Origin: Synechococcus sp.
GTDB lineage: Bacteria; Cyanobacteriota; Cyanobacteriia; PCC-6307; Cyanobiaceae
Reading direction: 5' to 3'
Assembly: GCA_047285535.1 (NCBI GenBank)
Contig: JBJBDC010000001.1
Coordinates: 2,432,136-2,496,135, forward strand
DNA length: 64,000 nucleotides
Shown here one piece after another: positions 20,044 to 28,200 of the stretch. A program made the translations under genes and the position numbers. Every line of letters starts with the position of its first letter. Position 1 is the first letter of the stretch. The notes under the pieces are model-generated. The model worked only from the letters and a program-made list of their open reading frames with translations, had not been told where the DNA came from and searched no databases.

Positions 20044-20666
20044 GAAAGAAAAAATACTCATCATTAACCAATGAGCACAATACATGGATGTCACTGACAG
20101 ACATGCTGTCAAGCACTCTGATGATTACATTCTTATTTATTGCAGTAACAACATTGATCAGGGCGATGAACGCAAAACCACCCGTTATCAATTTACCTGA
20201 TACCGAAGAGTATAGATTTAACACTGGCAGCTTTAATGTGAGTCAAAGCTTCTCAAGGGCATTGAATGAGAATGCGATCCCTGAAATAGAAAGCACTATC
20301 TTCTGCTACGGGATTGATACAATTGAAATCGTCGGACATACGGATGGAAGACCAAATACAGGACGTGGAAACATAGATCAAACCATAGAAGCGGCATTTC
20401 GCACTTCAGATACGAAGAAAGTCATCATAGGGAGTAATCTCGATCTAGGTTTTATGCGAGCAATGGCAGTCAAAACCGAGATTGAGAAGACCCTTCTAAA
20501 GCAGGGGATTCGGCAAGTAAACTTTAGAATTCTATCTGCAGGAAGTACAATTAACGAAGATGGTGAATTCATGCCTGCAACAAACAAAGACCAACGCTCA
20601 CGAAGAAGAATTGAGATCCGATTTCTGAGAAGATCAAAAACACCATTCATACCTCAATGCAATTAG
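20040..20666 (+). CDS. ZorB-like MotB/OmpA-domain protein
   Basis: WMSLTDML TM with the conserved Asp; IEIVGHTD, LGFMRAMAV and RRIEIR OmpA-like motifs; ATGA overlap with the ZorA-like gene. Confidence 0.85.
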   Translation: MRKKKYSSLTNEHNTWMSLTDMLSSTLMITFLFIAVTTLIRAMNAKPPVINLPDTEEYRFNTGSFNVSQSFSRALNENAIPEIESTIFCYGIDTIEIVGHTDGRPNTGRGNIDQTIEAAFRTSDTKKVIIGSNLDLGFMRAMAVKTEIEKTLLKQGIRQVNFRILSAGSTINEDGEFMPATNKDQRSRRRIEIRFLRRSKTPFIPQCN

Positions 20667-21163
20667 TACATACATCAATAGAGTCTCCTAAGCGCATTAT
20701 GTAGTGTGGAGATACCAAGTAAATCTTTGGCGAGAGTGAACGGCCCTGCGGTAGTTTGAAATTCACGATCAGGCCGCGCTCTAGGTCGCCTTATAGAAAG
20801 CCACACTTGGCGATACCAGCCTGCCGCTCAATCCGCTCTATATATACTTTCACCCACTGAACACAACATATTTGGATCCAAAATAATGGCAACCGCTACA
20901 TCTTGCGGTGGGCCCTGGTTTGATGATAAGTAGAACATGAAATCTTGAAGCAACGCCATAGATGCATAAGATCAGGTTCTTTATTGACCGCTGGTAATTG
21001 CTTAGGTGGTTCAACTGCTGGTGGTGTTACCTGATCAACTGGAGTGACCTTTTCACGCCAGTTGGGTAATGGATTACTAGGTCGGCGTTTTTTAGGCATG
21101 AGTTAAAACCATATTCTGCTTAGGCAAAGCTTTTGGAGTGCCAGGCTGGATCTCGATCAGCAG

Positions 21164-21243
21164 CCAGCCAGCGGGTCAGGCTGATTCGATAGGAACGACA
21201 TCCTCTTCTGTCACATTCACTAACTCACCGCCACGAGCGGGGT
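21164..21243. repeat. About 80-bp imperfect repeat B (partner 23178-23257) ending in a hairpin
   Basis: gtcaggctgattcgatagg ... caccgccacgagcggggt is present in both copies. Confidence 0.8.
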
Positions 21244-21368
21244 TTTTTAGTGCCTTATAAACATTGTGAACAAGATCACAACCACGGTTGAGCTAGGTCA
21301 TCGAATGAGCTGTTGAATCCAGAGAAGGTGAGTTCACAGGAGGCACAGCCTCCACAGCATCTTGAATC

Positions 21369-21656
21369 ATGGGCCTTGAAAATTTTAGAAAGATTGGCAT
21401 TCTCACTCTCCTATCATTGAGTATTGCCTCAAGCTTCTTTAATGGAGTAAGTGCAACTCAAGGATTTGTTAAACACAAATCCTTGGCAACGCAAAAGGAT
21501 TGGGTTTCTTCGGAATTGCAAAGAGTCTCTGGCGCACAAGCAAGTGCAAGAAAATGGCAACCAAAGTGGTGCGGGAAAAAGAAGAAATGGAACGGCAATA
21601 AGAGACGTTGCGTCCAAAGAGAAGGATTCTTAAAGTGGAAATTCGGATGGGAGTAG
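21369..21656 (+). CDS. Small secreted basic hypothetical protein
   Basis: Signal-peptide-like N-terminus, Lys/Trp-rich C-terminus with two Cys; followed by a terminator. Confidence 0.55.
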   Translation: MGLENFRKIGILTLLSLSIASSFFNGVSATQGFVKHKSLATQKDWVSSELQRVSGAQASARKWQPKWCGKKKKWNGNKRRCVQREGFLKWKFGWE

Positions 21657-21697
21657 AAGAAAGATAAACGTATATCTACTTAAAATCTATGGATGTT

Positions 21698-21724
21698 AAC
21701 CCCGCCACAAGCGGGGTTTTTTAT
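21698..21724 (+). terminator. Intrinsic terminator
   Basis: aaccccgc-cacaa-gcggggtt followed by a T-run. Confidence 0.75.
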
Positions 21725-21761
21725 TGCAGCGGGGAATGCTTTAAGTAGTTAGCTCTGATCA

Positions 21762-21980
21762 ATGCACCTTGAAACCCAAATGACGTTAGCTCTTCTGCAG
21801 GAGCTACTGATGGCACTGAGGGCTAATGACGTTGATGGCTACAAGTCTTGGCTTGCCCTTGGCATTTAACAGCTTGGAAGGGATGTAGCTGCAGAAGTTG
21901 AATCGGAATGGATGGTGCCTTTATTAGTTGAAGAGGAGAGAGACAGGCTGATGGCTTGGCAGCTGGGAGTCAGCCTCTAA
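21762..21980 (+). pseudogene. Full-length copy of the small hypothetical gene with an internal TAA
   Basis: MHLETQMTLALLQELL...LALGI*QLGRDVAAEVESEWMVPLLVEEERDRLMAWQLGVSL; stop at 21867. Confidence 0.75.
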
Positions 21981-22056
21981 CTCTTTTGGGGGATAGAAAA
22001 GCAGTGATCACTAACCGTTTGGGGGATGCGTGGACATCGTTTGATGAGAGGCTTAA

Positions 22057-22458
22057 ATGATGAATAATTCAGCCGCCTTGGTCCTACTCCTGCTTGCGGG
22101 ATGCTCCTTGAAAGCAGCGCTTCCAACTGTTGCAATTCAGCGTTGCTACGACGGCGATACTTGCACGACATCCTCAGGAGAGAAGATTCGACTGGCTTGT
22201 ATCGACACGCCAGAGGTTTCAGGTCACAAGGCTGACCCCGTACCGGCCAAGGCAGCAGGCGATTACCTACGCCGCATGGTCGTAGGCAAACAGCTGGAGA
22301 TACGCCGCATCACGAAAGACAGGTATGGCCGAACGGTGGGTGAACTGTATCTATCTGGCCCCCACATCACCCGGCGGAACGTGCAGCGGGAAATGGTTAG
22401 GAGTGGTCATGCAGTGGTCATACCTAAGTACGCCAAGCAGTGCCCCTGGACGGGATAA
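22057..22458 (+). CDS. Thermonuclease (SNase-like) lipoprotein
   Basis: LLAGC lipobox; DGDT, IRLACIDTPE and DRYGRTV motifs. Confidence 0.92.
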   Translation: MMNNSAALVLLLLAGCSLKAALPTVAIQRCYDGDTCTTSSGEKIRLACIDTPEVSGHKADPVPAKAAGDYLRRMVVGKQLEIRRITKDRYGRTVGELYLSGPHITRRNVQREMVRSGHAVVIPKYAKQCPWTG

Positions 22459-22504
22459 GAAATTGCCGAATCTCAGTTTATTTCTGATCCGACAAACAAC
22501 CCAG

Positions 22505-23080
22505 ATGCCCAACTATTCACCCTACACAGAAAGCACAAAGCAGCGCATCGTGAAGTATGTGCACCAATATCCCGCGCATACAGGAAGGGAAATTGCAATT
22601 GCCCTGGGATTGGACAAGTCAAGGGTTAATAGTTTCCTTTACTCCGAAGGCAGAACGAGATTCAATCTAAGAGTTGACAATTGGCGATGGACTGCCTATG
22701 CCTGGACGCCGCCCACTCAACCGCGTCCGCCTGAACCTGATCCAACCCCAAGGCGATATTCAATTTGCGACGCACTAATCCAGATAAATATTACCGATGC
22801 AACGCTGAAAATTCGAGCGATGAATGAAACGACAGTCAATCTTGTATTTGCAGAAGATAAATACAACCTGCTAGATGATCGACTTAAAGCAGAACTTGCA
22901 ATTAGGAGGCAAGAGCTATTAGCAAGCAAGCCGACTGAAGCGAAGCACAAATCACCTCTCAGTAATCCATTGGTTTTAATTGCTATCGGCCTAATGGCAT
23001 TTTTCTTTATAGGTAATCTTATGAATAACTCCTCAACAGAACCCTCTCCGACAAGATCAATACCTGAATCGACCAGATAG
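22505..23080 (+). CDS. Hypothetical protein with an N-terminal winged-helix-like segment and a C-terminal TM
   Basis: GREIAIALGLDKSRVNSFLY resembles an HTH; Pro-rich linker; TM near the end. Confidence 0.6.
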   Translation: MPNYSPYTESTKQRIVKYVHQYPAHTGREIAIALGLDKSRVNSFLYSEGRTRFNLRVDNWRWTAYAWTPPTQPRPPEPDPTPRRYSICDALIQINITDATLKIRAMNETTVNLVFAEDKYNLLDDRLKAELAIRRQELLASKPTEAKHKSPLSNPLVLIAIGLMAFFFIGNLMNNSSTEPSPTRSIPESTR

Positions 23081-23414
23081 TTCTTTTCATGGCTGAGGCG
23101 TAGTTACTTGATCCCAGTTGCCCCTGCTTCTGCGTGGTTTTTCCATGGCTCCAAGCTGAGTTACCAAGATTACCTATCCAGCAAGCGAGTCAGGCTGATT
23201 CGATAGGCTCGAAATCTTCCTCAGTCCCATTCGCTAGTTCACCGCCACGAGCGGGGTGTTTGATTGTCTGCTGAAAAAAGCTGTTTAATCATGATTGAAC
23301 TTAAGCCTTAGCTGTTATTGATGAATTTTGCGTGTTCGGTCAATGGTCGGTTTTCACTGTCACGAATCAACCAATGATCCAGCAATCATTATTAGACCTT
23401 CAAATTCATTGAAA

Positions 23415-23585
23415 ATGTCTACTGAAATTCTCAATTGGCATATTGTCGCTCAGGCAATGGAAGCTGCTGGGGCTACATCAAGTCAGATGTATCTGCGTGC
23501 TAAAGCACTTTCCAAAGGCAAACTTGATCCAATGCCAACCAGCTTGCCAGAAGCTCCTTACAGCATTTCTGCAGTCGCAAGCTGA
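23415..23585 (+). CDS. Small hypothetical protein
   Basis: MSTEILNWHIVAQAMEAAGATSSQMYLRAKA, a compact ORF of a kind typical of picocyanobacterial islands. Confidence 0.55.
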   Translation: MSTEILNWHIVAQAMEAAGATSSQMYLRAKALSKGKLDPMPTSLPEAPYSISAVAS

Positions 23586-23639
23586 TAGCTGAAATCACAA
23601 ATAGCCCCGCGTAAGTGGGGCAACCACTTTGTTTTGACT

Positions 23640-23852
23640 ATGAAAAATCATCATCTATCTGTTGAGCAAAAATTTAATCTTGAGGCTGCTTATCGACAAA
23701 TTGATGCCTGTGACGACATCAATCAACTGCGTCAACTCACGAAGCATCTCATTACTTCACAAGAGAATGAGAAAGCTTTTGCGCGCGAAGCAATCAAACA
23801 TATGCGCAGGGAAATTGAATCCTTGACGGTAAAGGGTCTTGATTTCCAGTAG
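23640..23852 (+). CDS. NblA-like small helical protein (candidate phycobilisome-degradation adaptor)
   Basis: LSVEQKFNL resembles the NblA LSLEQ.F.L motif; 70 aa; two predicted helices. Confidence 0.55.
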   Translation: MKNHHLSVEQKFNLEAAYRQIDACDDINQLRQLTKHLITSQENEKAFAREAIKHMRREIESLTVKGLDFQ

Positions 23853-23933
23853 TTAGCTTGTGGCAAGCATCTACATGTTTTTGTGTTATTGCTGACTTGT
23901 TAGTAATCTATTGACCTTAGATCAAGAAATTCG

Positions 23934-24140
23934 ATGGGTTCAAACCCACCACCACCACCAGATTGTCTGCAACTAAAGCAACCTCAGCGGCAGGTGGCGA
24001 GTGTGGTGAAGGCAGACCTAAGCGACCTCGATCGCGTTGATATGCTCTCCAGCAAAGTGCAGATCCTGGAGCAAATCGCTACGGATGCCGTTGCCGCAAT
24101 CCGGTTGCTGAACGCACTGGTTGGCTTTGGAAAAAGTTAA
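23934..24140 (+). CDS. Small hypothetical protein
   Basis: 68-aa ORF whose stop overlaps the stop of the convergent regulator. Confidence 0.35.
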   Translation: MGSNPPPPPDCLQLKQPQRQVASVVKADLSDLDRVDMLSSKVQILEQIATDAVAAIRLLNALVGFGKS

Positions 24141-24844
24141 AGCGAAGGATTGATAAGGCCGTAAGCCATCGCCATCACCGCTAATTGAGTTCGATCACGC
24201 GCTCCGAGCTTGCCCATCGCGTTGACCACATGTGTCTTGACGGTTTCCACAGAGATATTGAGCGTGCTTGCAATCAGCTGATTTTTGAATCCATGGGCAA
24301 TGGCAGAGACAACGTCAACTTCTCGCTTCGTTAGGTCTTCAATCAATGTTGGCTTCTTAAAAATTGGCTTTTGAGAAGCCAGTCGACGAATTTCTTCAGG
24401 GTAATAAATCTGACCTTCAGAGAGTGTTTTTAGGGCTTGAATGAAATCTCCGTGACCTGTTCCTAAGCTGGATTTAAAGATCACACCGTTTGCATAGGCA
24501 TCCATCGCTTCATTCACCACATCTTTAGTTTCACGGACGAGCACAATCAATCGTTGACAGCTTGGACGCTGGGCATGAACCCGCTTAATCAAGTCGATTC
24601 CGTATCCGGTTTCCAGATCTGAACTACAGATCAAAAGATCGGCTTTCGCTCTCATCACTAATCCAAAACCTTCGTCTTCCGTAGTGGCAGCTCCACACAC
24701 CACAGGTCTGAGTGGTTCAGTGAGACAAAGGCTCATTAAGGCCAGCCTGTCTCCCATACAGAGCACGACACGCTTGTTTTGAAGCAGCTCCTTGGCTTCG
24801 GCTACAGCTCCCTGAAGAATTTGCGACTTAAGGAGCAGCTCCAT
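24137..24844 (-). CDS. NarL/LuxR-family response regulator with an atypical receiver
   Basis: LTKREVDV...NQLIA..LNISVETVKTHV LuxR HTH; the receiver lacks the acidic residues. Confidence 0.9.
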   Translation of the reverse strand: MELLLKSQILQGAVAEAKELLQNKRVVLCMGDRLALMSLCLTEPLRPVVCGAATTEDEGFGLVMRAKADLLICSSDLETGYGIDLIKRVHAQRPSCQRLIVLVRETKDVVNEAMDAYANGVIFKSSLGTGHGDFIQALKTLSEGQIYYPEEIRRLASQKPIFKKPTLIEDLTKREVDVVSAIAHGFKNQLIASTLNISVETVKTHVVNAMGKLGARDRTQLAVMAMAYGLINPSL

Positions 24845-25214
24845 GCAAAGCGATCATCATCAGAGCCTTTCTAGGCATTCAGACCTTGGGCTGCCACCAA
24901 CATTAAGACAAGGACGAGTCTTTTTAATCTCTTGCAGGTCGAGCAAACAATCAATACACATAAACCAATCGCAAGGTTAGTTATGACAGCTTGAAGCCCA
25001 TTGGATTCTTCAGGCATGAGCCATATTCAAAACAAGGTTTCCGGGCCAGCCGAATAACCACTTGCTGAGCTAGCACCTTGCAATAAGCACTCTTACACCT
25101 CCCCCATTAGGGGGAACAAAGAGACCAAACAAGCTCTGAGGATCCCCCGATTGGGTGATGACATGAATTAACAAATAAGAGAAAGTAGCTCTGCTCATCA
25201 GGTAAGGCTCAAGA

Positions 25215-28200
25215 ATGAGTAATGTATTCAGCCAAGACGTCGTAGGCATTGAGTTAACAGGTCTTTCTTTGTCGTCTAAGATTATCAATCTAGATGGAAG
25301 TGACGAGAGGGTATGGGCCACAATTAACTTCCAGGAAGACTTGTCAGGTTTTGACAGAGGATACCTTGGCTATTATTCAAATGATTTAGATAAATACATC
25401 TCATTGCCTTTTATTTATGACCATGAGATAGATAAAACATCGGCTCAAGGTTATATGAATATTAATCAATATGCGGCAAGTGGAACTTACGAACTGGATT
25501 CAATTGCCCTCCATGATAAAGCTGGGAACTCGTTTTATGCCAATCATGACGATGATGGTTGGGAAGACTATCTTGCCAGTGCTGGTGTTGTTGACACGTC
25601 CTTCGAAGTTAAAAACACTAATCAGGATGTTGAAGGTATTGAGTTAACAGGTCTTTCTTTGTCGTCTAAGATTATCAATCTAGATGGAAGTGACGAGAGG
25701 GTATGGGCCACAATTAACTTCCAGGAAGACTTGTCAGGTTTTGACAGAGGATACCTTGGCTATTATTCAAATGATTTAGATAAATACATCTCATTGCCTT
25801 TTATTTATGACCATGAGATAGATAAAACATCGGCTCAAGGTTATATGAATATTAATCAATATGCGGCAAGTGGAACTTACGAACTGGATTCAATTGCCCT
25901 CCATGATAAAGCTGGGAACTCGTTTTATGCCAATCATGACGATGATGGTTGGGAAGACTATCTTGCCAGTGCTGGTGTTGTTGACACGTCCTTCGAAGTT
26001 AAAAACACTAATCAGGATGTTGAAGGTATTGAGTTAACAGGTCTTTCTTTGTCGTCTAAGATTATCAATCTAGATGGAAGTGACGAGAGGGTATGGGCCA
26101 CAATTAACTTCCAGGAAGACTTGTCAGGTTTTGACAGAGGATACCTTGGCTATTATTCAAATGATTTAGATAAATACATCTCATTGCCTTTTATTTATGA
26201 CCATGAGATAGATAAAGCATCGGCTCAAGGTTATATGAATATTAATCAATATGCGGCAAGTGGAACTTACGAACTGGATTCAATTGCCCTCCATGATAAA
26301 GCTGGGAACTCGTTTTATGCCAATCATGACGATGATGGTTGGGAAGACTATCTTGCCAGTGCTGGTGTTGTTGACACATCGTTTACTATTTCGCGCAAGG
26401 TAAGTGGAAATCATTCGCCAATCCTCAGCGGTACTCCTGTTGTTCTCGCCAATGGCACAGAAGATGTTGACTACATTCTTAAAGCCTCCGATCTGCTTCA
26501 GGGTTATAGCGATCCCGATGGTGATTCTCTTTCAGTAACTGACTTAACCAGTTCGGTTGGCTCTCTCACCAATAACGGCAATGGCACCTGGACACTGAAC
26601 ACTCCAAAAGACTTCAACGGTAAGATTAGACTTTCCTATTCAGTTGTTGATGGCAAAGGTGGTTCCCTTACTGCACAAAATAGCTATTCGCTGCCTGATC
26701 TAAACAAGTCGCCAAGCTTTCCTGCTTTCATTGAGCTGCGTGATCTTGATGGCAGTAATGGATTCAAAATCAATGGCATTGATGAATTTGATCGTCCATT
26801 TCGAGTCAGTGGCGCGGGAGATATAAATGGTGACGGTATTGATGATCTCATTATCGGTGCAACTGGGGCTTATGCAAATGGTAATGCTAATTCTGGAGAG
26901 ACCTATGTTATCTTTGGAAGCAATAAGGTTTTCAGTAGTAGCTTTAACCTTTCTGATCTGAATGGCAAAAATGGCTTCAAGATAAACGGCATTGGAAGGA
27001 ATGACTTTTCAGGAAGCTGTGTCAGCAGTGCAGGCGATGTCAACGACGATGGTAACGATGATCTGATCATCAGTAGCACGATGCGAAACAAGGTCTGGGT
27101 TGTTTTTGGTAGCAATAAGAGTTTCAGCAGCAGCATTGAACTTTCTGACCTAAATGGCAGAAATGGTTTCACCATCTATGGCTCAGGAGGCATTATTAGT
27201 GACGCAGGTGACGTCAACGGCGATGGTATCGATGATCTGATTCTTGGCGATGCTGGGGCAGATGCCAATTACAGGAGGAATGTTGGTGAGGCCTATGTGA
27301 TTTTTGGCAGCAAGTTGGGTTTCAACAGCAAATTCAATCTGCACTCTGGCGCACTTTCAAACCTGAATGGCGCCAACGGTTTTGAGATAATTGGTATTGA
27401 TCAAGATGACTACGCTGGCGGCTCAGTCAGTGGCGCAGGTGATGTTAATGGTGATGGTATCGATGATCTGATTATCGGTGCATCTGGAGCTGATGCAAAT
27501 GGTAAGCAAGATTCTGGAGAGACGTATGTTGTCTTTGGCAACAAAAAGGGTTTCAGCAGTAGCACTAAACTTTCTGAACTAAATGGCAATAATGGCTTCA
27601 AGATAAACGGTATAGGACAGCATGACAGATCAGGAAACTCAGTCAGTGGCGCAGGTGATGTGAATGGTGATGGTATCGATGATCTGATTATCGGTGCAGT
27701 ATATGCCGATGCAAATGGTAATGTACGGGCTGGGGAGTCCTATGTTGTCTTTGGGAATAATAAGGCTTTCAACAGCACCGTAGAACTTTCTGACCTGAAT
27801 GGAATCACTGGTTTTCAGATAAACGGTATCGACGCAGAGGACAGATTAGGAAGCTCCGTCAGTGGCGCAGGTGATGTTAATGGTGATGGTGTCGATGATC
27901 TGATTATCGGTGCATCTGGAGGCGATCCCAATGGCGACAAAATCGGTCAGGTCGGCGGTGCCGGAGAGACTTATGTGGTTTTTGGCAGCACTAAGGGTTT
28001 CAATAGCATCCTTGAACTTTCTGACCTTAATGGCAGCAAGGGCTTTAAGATTAATGGTATTGATACAGGTGACAGCTCTGGCGGCTCAGTCAGTGGCGCA
28101 GGTGATGTAAATGGCGACGGTATTGATGATCTCATTATCGGTGGAACTGGGGCTAATGAAAGTTATGTGGTCTTTGGCAGAAGCAGTTCCAATGACGACG

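Noticed and set aside
18544..20666. Flagellar stator motAB or swimming motor
   Set aside because: Cyanobacteria lack flagella, and the long tail and island context fit ZorAB better. A role in surface motility cannot be fully excluded.
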